Virus record (IMG/VR): IMGVR_UViG_3300022746_000020
Span: 10,656 to 74,655 of that record
Direction: 5' to 3' (one strand)
Length of the DNA stretch: 64,000 nt
Source of the DNA: a virus
Lineage: Duplodnaviria; Caudoviricetes
Shown here: positions 40,944 to 50,081 of the stretch, in pieces
How the letters are laid out: each line of letters opens with the position of its first letter
How positions within the stretch are numbered: position 1 is the first letter of the stretch
Program-made: the position numbers and the translations under genes
The notes under the pieces: generated by a model
What the model was told of the DNA's origin: nothing
Database searches by the model: none
Seen by the model: the letters and a program-made list of their open reading frames with translations, nothing else

Positions 40944-42166
40944 TGTCTTATTTGGGCATCCCGCCATTCGGCCAAACAGTCAGAACAGTTACAACGATAA
41001 CTGCAACTGCTAGCCAAACTATCTTTACACCTAATGGTGGATATACTGTCGGCTATGTTGATGTATACTATAACGGCGTCAAGCTCGTTGCTGGTACTGA
41101 CTTCTCTGCTACGGACGGATTAACGATTGTATTGACAGCAGGCGCTACTGCAAACGCAATTATCGAAACAGTTGCATATGGATCAGTGTCGATGGCTGAT
41201 GCTATCCGTCGTTCTGGCGATACGTTCTCTGGTACAGTCAACTTTCCAAATAATAACATCATCGCTGCTAATGGTAGCGTTGGTATTGGTAATACTGCTC
41301 CTAAGGCTCCGCTAACAATCGGTGCAGCTAATGGCACATTTACAAACCCATTGGTTCAAGCAGCAAGCTCAGCAAATAGCTGGTTGCAAATTAATGCACA
41401 GAACATAAACCCAGGTAACAACGCATCGACCGACTTGGTCCTTGCAAGAAATGACGGTACAGACACATCGAACTTCATCGACGTAGGTATCAACAGCAAC
41501 AACTACAACCAAGCTGGTTATAGCATAATGACGCCCGGTAGTGGATATGTGTTTACTAATGGTGGCGATCTTGTTATCGGCACGCAGACAGCACATAACA
41601 TTCTTTTCCACACTGGCAATACTACTGCAGCATCGGAAAAGTTGCGCATTAATACTACTGGCGCAATTATTCTTGCGGGCGGTAACGTAGCTGCTAGTGG
41701 GGTTGGTATTGCGTTTCCAAATACACAAGTGACAACATCTGATCCGAATACATTAGACGATTATGAAAAAGGAACATGGTCGCCATATGCATATGGATCG
41801 ACTACTGCTGGAACCGGAACATATAGCGCGACTAACAACAAGGGTGCATATGTGAAGATCGGTTCGCTAGTTACTGCATATTTTTCATTCAATTGCACGT
41901 CCACGCATACTGGTACTGGATTGCTGTTCATAGGCGGCCTTCCATTTAGCAATTATGGATATACGTGGGTAAGCGGTGCTGTGGGGTATTGGGCTAGCCT
42001 GCTTACCACCACAGCAACGTATGTGGGTTGTTACATAGATCCTGGATCGTCGGGTGTTGTAATTACATATACAAACTCTGCTGTAGCGGGCGTAAGCTAC
42101 TTGAGCCCAGCAGCGTTACAAAACGGGACGCATATTATAGGCTCTGTGACCTATAGAGTTGCTTGA
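40943..42166 (+). CDS. Branch fibre with second adapter type and LDDYEKGTW tip
   Basis: MSYLGIP start; TATASQT.F...YTVGYVDVY.NGVKL..DF.A.DG..IVL adapter; DPNTLDDYEKGTW. Confidence 0.7.
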   Translation: MSYLGIPPFGQTVRTVTTITATASQTIFTPNGGYTVGYVDVYYNGVKLVAGTDFSATDGLTIVLTAGATANAIIETVAYGSVSMADAIRRSGDTFSGTVNFPNNNIIAANGSVGIGNTAPKAPLTIGAANGTFTNPLVQAASSANSWLQINAQNINPGNNASTDLVLARNDGTDTSNFIDVGINSNNYNQAGYSIMTPGSGYVFTNGGDLVIGTQTAHNILFHTGNTTAASEKLRINTTGAIILAGGNVAASGVGIAFPNTQVTTSDPNTLDDYEKGTWSPYAYGSTTAGTGTYSATNNKGAYVKIGSLVTAYFSFNCTSTHTGTGLLFIGGLPFSNYGYTWVSGAVGYWASLLTTTATYVGCYIDPGSSGVVITYTNSAVAGVSYLSPAALQNGTHIIGSVTYRVA

Positions 42167-42178
42167 TTTTCACAATTA

Positions 42179-42198
42179 CCTAGTATGGATTTACTAGG
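42179..42198 (+). promoter_or_regulatory. Intergenic stem-loop upstream of RBS
   Basis: CCTAGTA-tggatt-TACTAGG, 7-bp perfect stem, no U-tract. Confidence 0.4.
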
Positions 42199-42221
42199 CG
42201 GACACTAAAAGGAGAAACAAA

Positions 42222-42476
42222 ATGGCATTATCAGAAGTAAAAGTAATAGACAAAATCGAAGTAGTAGAGAACGGCACATTACAAGTTCGTGAAGCTACTC
42301 GTATTCTAAAAGACGGCGAACAGATCGCCCAAACATATCATCGCTGGAGCTTTGCTCCTGGTTCTGATGTATCAGAAATGCCTGCAAATGTGCAAGCAAT
42401 TGCATCTGCAGCATGGACATCGGAAGTCGTATCGGCATATCAAGCACAACAAGCAGAAATCGCTAATAGAGGTTAA
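42222..42476 (+). CDS. Small partner of LDDYE(E/K)G-type fibres
   Basis: MALSE..VIDKIEVV..G.LQVR.AT.I.KDG..IA..YHR...VQAIA..WT; RBS AAGGAG. Confidence 0.75.
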   Translation: MALSEVKVIDKIEVVENGTLQVREATRILKDGEQIAQTYHRWSFAPGSDVSEMPANVQAIASAAWTSEVVSAYQAQQAEIANRG

Positions 42477-42478
42477 TT

Positions 42479-43657
42479 GTGAGTAATTCTAGAACGCTAT
42501 CGGATTTTATCGGCTCGTCTGGTACGCCAGCGTTCACGAGCAACACTACGTTTGCAGCTAACGTTGCTGTTACTGGCGCTGCTACCTTTGCAAATACAGT
42601 CGCGTTTACATCTAATGGATCGATAACACTTCCTATCGGAACGACAGCTCAACGTGCAGGATCAAATGGATCGATTCGATTTAATAGCAACACTAACGTA
42701 GTCGAAGAGTATAATGGTTCGCGTTGGTTATCTGGCAACTATCCAGGATCATCGCCGCAAAATGCTGCTAACTCAGCTGTAGAAATCTGGCAGGCTGGTG
42801 GCCGCGGCAAAGGATTCTTCTGGTTAAATAGCCCCAATGGCGGTACTGTTCAAAATTTTTGTGATCTCGATACGCTAGACGAGAATGGTCAGTCTGGCTG
42901 GATTCTCGTCGCTATGTTTCCGATGGCACAGAACTGGCGCGATGATGGACTGTCGACTAGACAAGTATTGAACCCATTCGACCTTGTAATGAACCAGAAC
43001 GATGGTACCCCTCAACCTGACCGTAAAATGTGGTCAGCAAACTGGGGTGATTATCAGATGAACAAGTTCCGCATTCAAAATGCATGGAGCATCATCGAGA
43101 CTGGACCGAATGCCACAATGGATTGGTATTTCAATTACTCAAACGCATGTGCATGGAAGCAAGTATGGAATTGGCAGACAGGTACTGGCAATTATATGAA
43201 CGATACGTCGGGCGATAACAACGGCAACATCAATGCCGCATATTGCTCTGGATGGCCAGCACCGACTAACCAAGCAGGTGCGCTACCACGCTGCTGTTTG
43301 CGTGGATTTAACTGGGCATACAACTTGAAGTTTGGATATCAAGTCGGCCAACGCTGGAATAATCTGTCTGACTCTGCTGGCGGCGGTACAGCACAAAACA
43401 CATCATATAATTGGTGGGCTGGATTAACACAGCCCCACAATACACTTGGATGGGGGGTTGGTGGCGATGGGTCTCTTGCTATTCTTCCACAAGGTAGCAC
43501 ATATACGACTGCTGGACAAGATTGCGACTCAATGAACTGTAAAGTGGGTGTCGACGACACCAGCGGCGCAACTTTGTGGTCATCCTCCGCTACTGCCAGT
43601 GTTACGCAAACTGGCCTCACTGACTATTATCGTAGTCTCTACTTCTGGATCAAATAA
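42479..43657 (+). CDS. Tip fibre with fibrinogen-C-like domain
   Basis: GTG start MSNSRTLSDF; LPIGTTAQR..GSIRFN; G.FWL......QNFCDLDT....SGWILV. Confidence 0.6.
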   Translation: MSNSRTLSDFIGSSGTPAFTSNTTFAANVAVTGAATFANTVAFTSNGSITLPIGTTAQRAGSNGSIRFNSNTNVVEEYNGSRWLSGNYPGSSPQNAANSAVEIWQAGGRGKGFFWLNSPNGGTVQNFCDLDTLDENGQSGWILVAMFPMAQNWRDDGLSTRQVLNPFDLVMNQNDGTPQPDRKMWSANWGDYQMNKFRIQNAWSIIETGPNATMDWYFNYSNACAWKQVWNWQTGTGNYMNDTSGDNNGNINAAYCSGWPAPTNQAGALPRCCLRGFNWAYNLKFGYQVGQRWNNLSDSAGGGTAQNTSYNWWAGLTQPHNTLGWGVGGDGSLAILPQGSTYTTAGQDCDSMNCKVGVDDTSGATLWSSSATASVTQTGLTDYYRSLYFWIK

Positions 43658-43956
43658 TGCAGAATAATTACATTAACTACCAGACTGTTTTAGAAAAGAA
43701 GTTTTCCTTCTATGACTGGAGTATCGCCGATCCTGAAAATTACGATACGCTCGTATGGAATTCGGATCCGTCCCTCAAGCCAACCAAAGAGTTTCTAGAT
43801 AATAAGATTAATGCTGCGAAGCAAGATTATGCTAGACATCGCAAGATGTACTACCCATCAATAGAGGCTCAACTAGATACATTATACCATGGCGGATACG
43901 ATGCGTGGAGAGCTTCAATAGAGGCTGTTAAGACTACTTTCCCAAAACCAGAGTAA
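43657..43956 (+). CDS. Small fibre partner/chaperone
   Basis: KPT..., YARHRKMYYPSIEAQLDTLYH..W...IEAVK..FPKP. Confidence 0.7.
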   Translation: MQNNYINYQTVLEKKFSFYDWSIADPENYDTLVWNSDPSLKPTKEFLDNKINAAKQDYARHRKMYYPSIEAQLDTLYHGGYDAWRASIEAVKTTFPKPE

Positions 43957-43959
43957 TGT

Positions 43960-44715
43960 ATGGCACTAAGTAAAATCACAGCAGATTCGCTTCAAGCAAA
44001 CGTAGTAGCGAGTGCTATTGGATATGTTCCAGCTAACGCAGCTGGCGATAACTTCACTGGCCAAGTCAAGGTATCTGGCCCTATGGCCAACATTGGCCCT
44101 ACGTCTAAGGGTGTGTATATTGGATATGATCCAAACGCAGCAAACAACGTTGGCATCGAAATTGTATCCGGACCAGTCGGTATATCGTGGGTAGACTTTG
44201 GTAATGGTGATGGATCGGATTTCAGAGGACGCATTGGATATGATTCGAATACCAATGCGCTCTTCCTATGTACAAACACTCTTAATAGATTAAACATCGA
44301 TTCAACAGGCCGCATGACGGTGCCGAACCAGCCGATGTTTTCAGGTATCAGAAACACGACACCAACAACACTGGCGTCTGGAAACGTCGTACTACACAAC
44401 GTCACCGTAACAGATGTTGGTGGTTATTATAGTGCTGCAACCGGTAGATTTACATGCCCAGTTGCTGGCAGATATATGGTAACGATTGGCGGCCATGCTG
44501 AAAACTCTCAGCCGACTTCACATCAAATCAGAAAGAACGGCACAACGGTAGCATATGAGTATGGGTCGATGCCTTCTGGAAGCTATGTTGCTATGTCTAG
44601 AACCATCATTCTAACTTGTGCAGCTAATGATTATATTGACCACTATATCTCGACTGGTACGTTCTGGTGCGGTGATGGTTCTGGCCTCACAATGACAGTC
44701 ATGCTAGTTTCTTAA
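43960..44715 (+). CDS. Tip fibre with C1q-like domain
   Basis: MALSKIT start; MTVPNQPMF...TGRFTCPVAGRYMV...CAANDYI. Confidence 0.65.
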   Translation: MALSKITADSLQANVVASAIGYVPANAAGDNFTGQVKVSGPMANIGPTSKGVYIGYDPNAANNVGIEIVSGPVGISWVDFGNGDGSDFRGRIGYDSNTNALFLCTNTLNRLNIDSTGRMTVPNQPMFSGIRNTTPTTLASGNVVLHNVTVTDVGGYYSAATGRFTCPVAGRYMVTIGGHAENSQPTSHQIRKNGTTVAYEYGSMPSGSYVAMSRTIILTCAANDYIDHYISTGTFWCGDGSGLTMTVMLVS

Positions 44716-44718
44716 ACG

Positions 44719-44726
44719 AATAAATA
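44719..44726 (+). promoter_or_regulatory. Probable late promoter preceding cassette 3
   Basis: AATAAATA intergenic, followed by AAGGA RBS and ATG 44753. Confidence 0.55.
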
Positions 44727-44752
44727 CATCACCTAATAATAAAGGAATCATT

Positions 44753-45019
44753 ATGTCAAAAACATACACAATTACTCTTTCCGCAGCCGAAGACAAGGCA
44801 CTTGGATTCATCGCTTTCTCTCAACAAGAATGGATCGATAATGCCGTTCACGAGCGTTGCCGCATTGCTATCGAAGAAATCGTAGCAGCAGAAGTTCAAC
44901 GCAAACTTGCAGCTGGCGAAACAATCTCTGGCTCTAAAGAAGACATCGTTGTTGCAGCTCCAATCCAATCGGCAGCAGAACGTCAAGCAGCAGCTGAGGC
45001 AGCACAACCTAACGCTTAA
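44753..45019 (+). CDS. Small partner of C1q-like fibres
   Basis: YTITLSAAEDKAL..IA..QQEWIDNAV.ERCRIA.EEIV; paralog of 34193. Confidence 0.7.
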   Translation: MSKTYTITLSAAEDKALGFIAFSQQEWIDNAVHERCRIAIEEIVAAEVQRKLAAGETISGSKEDIVVAAPIQSAAERQAAAEAAQPNA

Positions 45020-45031
45020 AGGCAACAACGC

Positions 45032-46006
45032 GTGCGCAAGATAGACTTTTCAAGACTAAAAACGACTGAGGCGGTTCCGTCTGGCTTTCTGTCGTTAATG
45101 TCGACGTCGCTTTATAATGCAAACTCAACAACGAGTGGTATTGTAAAGCTGGTAGACACTACGTCTAACACTAGCGCAACAGTTGCCGCTTCAGCAAACG
45201 CCGTTAACCAGACATTAGTCAGCGCTCAGATTCTCGCTGGCTCTGCATATGCCAATGCCGTCACTTACACCAATTCGTTAGGCGCGACGGCATACGCTAA
45301 CGCCGTTGCATATGCAAACACAATCGCAGCGACAGCGTACGCGAATGCAGCAAGCAGAGCAGCAGATGCATTTACGAACGCTGTTGCATATGCAGCATCG
45401 AACACGTACGTCAATACACAGCTCGGTCTCAAGGCAGATCTGGCTGGTGCGTCATTCACGGGTGCCGTTTCCATCGCAAATAGCGCAAACGTTTCTGGTT
45501 CGTTACAAGTTGGCGGTGTGCTAACAGTAGCAGGAAACTTGGTAATTAATGGAACGACAACGACTGTTAACACAAGTTCGATCAACGTTACCGATTCGTT
45601 GCTATACCTTGCTTCCAACAATGAAGTATCTGATTCTTTAGATATTGGTTTTGCTGCTCACTATAATAATGGTGCTGGCGCGAATGGTCATACTGGTTTG
45701 ATTAGAAGTTCACTCACGAAAAAGTATTACCTATTTCAAAACTATCAACCAGAGTTCTTCGCAAATAACGTAGTAGATGTTGCTAATACTGCAACTGGTA
45801 TTCAGATGGCAGACTTGGTCGTTGGTAACTTTACTGCAAACAATACACTCGCTGCCGGTAACACAACAATTACAGGCACCCTAAATACTTCCGGATTACT
45901 TACCGCTAATGCGATCACAGTATCGAATGTTAGCGCGACTCAAACTAACTTACAAGTAGACGCGGCCGGAACAGCAACTGCTATGGCTATCGTCTTCGGT
46001 GGATAA
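45032..46006 (+). CDS. Stalk fibre protein, cassette 3
   Basis: GTG start; AYANA coil, shared 83-aa module, C-terminal AMAIVFGG. Confidence 0.75.
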   Translation: MRKIDFSRLKTTEAVPSGFLSLMSTSLYNANSTTSGIVKLVDTTSNTSATVAASANAVNQTLVSAQILAGSAYANAVTYTNSLGATAYANAVAYANTIAATAYANAASRAADAFTNAVAYAASNTYVNTQLGLKADLAGASFTGAVSIANSANVSGSLQVGGVLTVAGNLVINGTTTTVNTSSINVTDSLLYLASNNEVSDSLDIGFAAHYNNGAGANGHTGLIRSSLTKKYYLFQNYQPEFFANNVVDVANTATGIQMADLVVGNFTANNTLAAGNTTITGTLNTSGLLTANAITVSNVSATQTNLQVDAAGTATAMAIVFGG

Positions 46007-46009
46007 ACA

Positions 46010-46336
46010 ATGGCAAACACGTTCAAAAATAAAGGCCTAGCATTAACAACGACGTCTAGAACGGACTTGTATACTTGCCCAGCTAACACAGCTGCAGTTA
46101 TTCATACACTAAACATTGCAAACGTCAATGGCGTGTCTAGCTCTTCGATTACGATTGAAGTATATGATACATCCGCAGCTGCATACTATAAAATTGGATA
46201 CTTGATTCCAGTTCCAGGCGGATCGTCATACTTCTATGATAAGCCTTTGAATTTGGAAGCAGGGGACAAGGTATCGTTAACTGCGACTACAGCGAACTAC
46301 TTGGAAGCGTTTGCATCTATTCTTGAAATTGCATAA
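46010..46336 (+). CDS. Small hub/adapter protein, cassette 3
   Basis: 108 aa MANTFKN..LYTCP....VI....IANV...IPVPGGS...LEAGD...SILEI. Confidence 0.7.
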   Translation: MANTFKNKGLALTTTSRTDLYTCPANTAAVIHTLNIANVNGVSSSSITIEVYDTSAAAYYKIGYLIPVPGGSSYFYDKPLNLEAGDKVSLTATTANYLEAFASILEIA

Positions 46337-46346
46337 GGAGCGCTAA

Positions 46347-48122
46347 ATGGGATATGGTGGCAAAATAGCCTCGCGCTCAGGTGACGTAAGAAGATTCAAC
46401 TTTACAGGCAATGGATCGAACACAGCTTTCGATCTTGGTTTCTCGCCTGCAACACAAAACCAACTAATCATCACGATCAACGGCGTCGTTCAACACTACG
46501 ATGCGTTCTCTGTTTCAGGCTCGGTAGTAACATTCACTGGCACGCCTGCGGCTGGCGATTATATTCAAGTCACAGCAGTTGTAGACGCTATCGGTGTGAC
46601 TGGTATTCCAGACGGTGCGATCGCAAACGTATCTTCTTTGAAAGTCACAACTACGCCGGTGTTAATTGGTAATGCGGTTGGTACCTTCAGCAATCCAATC
46701 ATCCAAGCAGCAAGCACAGCTAACAGTTGGATTCAAATTAACGCACAGAATTTAAATAACGGCAACAATGCATCAACTGATGCTATTCTTGCTCGTTCTG
46801 ATGGTAATGATAATGCTGGATACATCGATATGGGTATCAACAGCAATACGTACAGCCAAGCTGCATACAGCATTATGACGCCGAACAGCGGCTATGTGTT
46901 TGTTAATGGTGGTGACTTGGTGCTCGGTACTCAGACTGCTCACAACATCATTTTCCATACTGGCAATACGACCGCCAGTTCAGAGAGGCTGCGAATCACA
47001 TCCAATGGCGCTATCGCGTTCCCAGACGGCACACAATTCAGCACTGCCAGTTCATTCGGAATGCGCAATCGTGTTATCAATGGTGCGATGGCATTCGATC
47101 AGCGCGCGTCGGGTAACCCACAAACAGGTGTCACTGGCGGGGCAGGATGGTATTTGGCGGACCGGTTTCGTATAGGTGGTTCGGCGCTCACGACAGGACG
47201 ACTTACTTTCCAACAAGTCGTTGACGCCCCAGCTGGATTTAAATATTCTGGCAAAATCACAACCACGGCCGCACAGACGACAACAACTGAAACTATTGTT
47301 TTATCGCACATCATTGAGGGGTTAAACACTTTAGATCTTGGCTGGGGAACAGCCAGCGCTGCTAACGTCACGTTGTCGTTTTGGGTTAAGGCATCATTAA
47401 CTGGCACCTACCCTGTGGCGGTACGTTGCGATAATGCAAACGCAACCTACGTTGCAACGTATACAATTAATAGTGCAAATACGTGGCAATATATAACGTT
47501 GAATATTCCTGGCCCAACATTTGGAACGTGGAGCACGACTAACGCAAATGGTATCCGTATCGATTGGGATTTGGGGTCTGGAACGAATGGGTCCTCATCT
47601 TCCGCTGGTAATGTAACTACGACTCCAAATGCATGGCAGACATACGATGCGTTTAGAACGTCAACTAGTGTGCAGCTACAAGCTAACTTGAATGCGACAT
47701 GGCAGATCACAGGCATTCAGTTTGAAAGGGGTAATGTGGCTACTCCATTTGAAGCGAGATCGTTCAGCACAGAACTGGCTTTGTGCCAGCGCTACTATCA
47801 AATCATAGCAGCAGGTTCGGGTGCACCCATTGGTATAGGTGCATTTGTTGGAACTACCGATTTCAGATTGTCGTATATGTTCCCTGTACAGATGAGAGCA
47901 GCACCTAGCGGCATAACGTGCGTCAGTGGTACTGGTTACTACCGCTTCTATTGGGGCAGTGGCGTAAGCTCGACGTTCAACGGATTTGTGCTAGACACTG
48001 CATCCCCACAAGGCATATCAATGTACACTGGTGGTGGTTTGTCGGGTGTTACAGCAGGCCAGAGTGGGTTCTGTTTAACAAACAATACAGCTGCGTATTT
48101 GGCAGCTAATGCGGATCTATAA
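46347..48122 (+). CDS. Branch fibre with adapter domain and RNRVING-type tip
   Basis: MGYGG start; FTGNGSNTAF...VTFTGTP adapter; shared QINAQN module; FGMRNRVINGAM...ELALCQRYY. Confidence 0.7.
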   Translation: MGYGGKIASRSGDVRRFNFTGNGSNTAFDLGFSPATQNQLIITINGVVQHYDAFSVSGSVVTFTGTPAAGDYIQVTAVVDAIGVTGIPDGAIANVSSLKVTTTPVLIGNAVGTFSNPIIQAASTANSWIQINAQNLNNGNNASTDAILARSDGNDNAGYIDMGINSNTYSQAAYSIMTPNSGYVFVNGGDLVLGTQTAHNIIFHTGNTTASSERLRITSNGAIAFPDGTQFSTASSFGMRNRVINGAMAFDQRASGNPQTGVTGGAGWYLADRFRIGGSALTTGRLTFQQVVDAPAGFKYSGKITTTAAQTTTTETIVLSHIIEGLNTLDLGWGTASAANVTLSFWVKASLTGTYPVAVRCDNANATYVATYTINSANTWQYITLNIPGPTFGTWSTTNANGIRIDWDLGSGTNGSSSSAGNVTTTPNAWQTYDAFRTSTSVQLQANLNATWQITGIQFERGNVATPFEARSFSTELALCQRYYQIIAAGSGAPIGIGAFVGTTDFRLSYMFPVQMRAAPSGITCVSGTGYYRFYWGSGVSSTFNGFVLDTASPQGISMYTGGGLSGVTAGQSGFCLTNNTAAYLAANADL

Positions 48123-48124
48123 TC

Positions 48125-48781
48125 ATGGCACTGACTAAAATAACAGCAACAAATATTGGATACACACCCGCTAACAAGGCAGGCGATGTTCTAACTGGTG
48201 CTCTTACAGTGCCAAACTTGGGTGTTGGTAGCGTAGCCGATTCTAATACTACGAATAGAACAATCACATATCAGAATGCTGGAAAGAACTGGTATGTTGG
48301 ATTGCGCGGCGACACATCTAATGCGTGGTCAATTGCTGATGATTCTGCACATCGAATGATGGTCGACGCTAACGGTCGCATCACGATGCCATACCAACCA
48401 AGCTGGTGCGTTGAGTATTATGGTATGACTGTGTCCGCAAGCACGACATATAACTATACTGGTGGCACTGTGTTCATTAACAACGGTTCCTACTACTCAA
48501 CGAGCACCGGCAGGTTCACTGCTCCCGTTGCAGGATACTACTTGGTGAGCGCATCGATTGAGCAGAGCACTTCGTCGGGCACGACTGGGTCAGTAGTAGT
48601 AAACAAGAATGGGGCTAGCCAGTTTCAAGCGCTCGCGTATAGCGCCATATACAACAGCGGTTCTTTGACTGGTATAATTTACTGCGCGGTAAATGATTAC
48701 CTCACATTAACATCATATGGCAACAACGGCCTTTCTTACAACGTATACACAACACGCTTCACAGGCCATTTGATAGGATAA
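48125..48781 (+). CDS. Tip fibre with C1q-like domain
   Basis: MALTKIT start; ITMPYQPSW...STGRFTAPVAGYYLV...FTGHLIG. Confidence 0.65.
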   Translation: MALTKITATNIGYTPANKAGDVLTGALTVPNLGVGSVADSNTTNRTITYQNAGKNWYVGLRGDTSNAWSIADDSAHRMMVDANGRITMPYQPSWCVEYYGMTVSASTTYNYTGGTVFINNGSYYSTSTGRFTAPVAGYYLVSASIEQSTSSGTTGSVVVNKNGASQFQALAYSAIYNSGSLTGIIYCAVNDYLTLTSYGNNGLSYNVYTTRFTGHLIG

Positions 48782-48785
48782 TACA

Positions 48786-50078
48786 ATGAGCTACTCAGGC
48801 GTACAACCAACATTCGGGACGTTCCCAAGCGATCTATTCACAGGTAATGGATCGAATACTGTTTTCACATTGTCGTCCGTTCCAGGAAATAAAGCAGCGT
48901 TGCTTATTTCGATCGATGGTGTTCGTCAGCACACCGACACATATTCGTATTCTGCTAACACACTATCATTCAGTGAAGCTCCTCCTAGCGGAGCTATCAT
49001 CGAAGCGATCAATATGGGCTCTCGTGCCGATGTTGTCGTTACTGATGGCGTATATCGCAAGTCTCAATTTACAGCAACGGCCGCTCAAACAAACTTCAAC
49101 ATTGCTACTGGATATACAATCGGCTTTGTTGATGTATATTTGAACGGTATTCGTTTAGTTGTTGGCGATGACTATACAGCAAATGATGGTTCGACAATCA
49201 TTCTAGCAGTTGCTGCAGCTGCAGGTGATGCCGTCGAAGTTGTTGCATATGGTACGTTCAATGTTGCTAATGCATTGCTAAAGTCTGGCGATACGATGTC
49301 AGGCAACCTAGTTGTTTCTGGCACATCGATTATGGCGACGCCGCACGCGATTGCCAATACAACAGGCAACACTGTAGTTTTTGCCAACACTGGTGTAGTC
49401 ACATTCAATGCAAACACCATACACGTTGGTGCTGCTACATTTAGTAATGCCGTATCGATAACAAGCACTATTACTGAAACTGTAAGTCCGCAGACTGCAA
49501 TTGAAACGACGGTTCTTCAGATGACCGATAGTAGTGCTATCAATTACTTGGGTAGTATACGCACATATAATAACGGCGGATACAATCAGTCGCTTCGTAT
49601 ATACACGACAAACTTGGGTGGAGCAAAATCAAACGAAATCAAGGCCATGGAACTAAACGGCAATGGTTACGTCACTATGCCATACCAACCAGCATTCAGT
49701 GCTGTAAAAACAGCAAACGTTGTCAATGGAACTGGCACATACACAAGCTGGCCAACTGTGCATGTTAATGTAGGAAACAGCTTCAATGCCACTACTGGTG
49801 TGTTTACAGCTCCTATTGCAGGCGTATATCAATTTACCGTGTCTGCTATGGCTAGCGGCACTGGTTATATTAACGTATTCATTTATAAAAATGGCACGAG
49901 TGTAGTGGGCGGAGGGGCACGTCCAGCCAACTCCACATACGATCAGGCAGAACGTACTATAATGCTATCGCTAGCTGTCGGAGATACGGTATATGTATCA
50001 GATGGGGTCGGCGGCAACCAGGCTGTATTCAGCGATAGTAATGGTTGGTTGTCGTTCCTTGGAAGGCTTGTAGGATAA
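48786..50078 (+). CDS. Branch fibre with both adapter types and C1q-like tip
   Basis: MSYSG start; FTGNGSNTVFTLS adapter then FTATAAQT.F...VDVYLNGIRL adapter; VTMPYQPAF..TGVFTAPIAGVYQF. Confidence 0.7.
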   Translation: MSYSGVQPTFGTFPSDLFTGNGSNTVFTLSSVPGNKAALLISIDGVRQHTDTYSYSANTLSFSEAPPSGAIIEAINMGSRADVVVTDGVYRKSQFTATAAQTNFNIATGYTIGFVDVYLNGIRLVVGDDYTANDGSTIILAVAAAAGDAVEVVAYGTFNVANALLKSGDTMSGNLVVSGTSIMATPHAIANTTGNTVVFANTGVVTFNANTIHVGAATFSNAVSITSTITETVSPQTAIETTVLQMTDSSAINYLGSIRTYNNGGYNQSLRIYTTNLGGAKSNEIKAMELNGNGYVTMPYQPAFSAVKTANVVNGTGTYTSWPTVHVNVGNSFNATTGVFTAPIAGVYQFTVSAMASGTGYINVFIYKNGTSVVGGGARPANSTYDQAERTIMLSLAVGDTVYVSDGVGGNQAVFSDSNGWLSFLGRLVG

Positions 50079-50081
50079 TAT

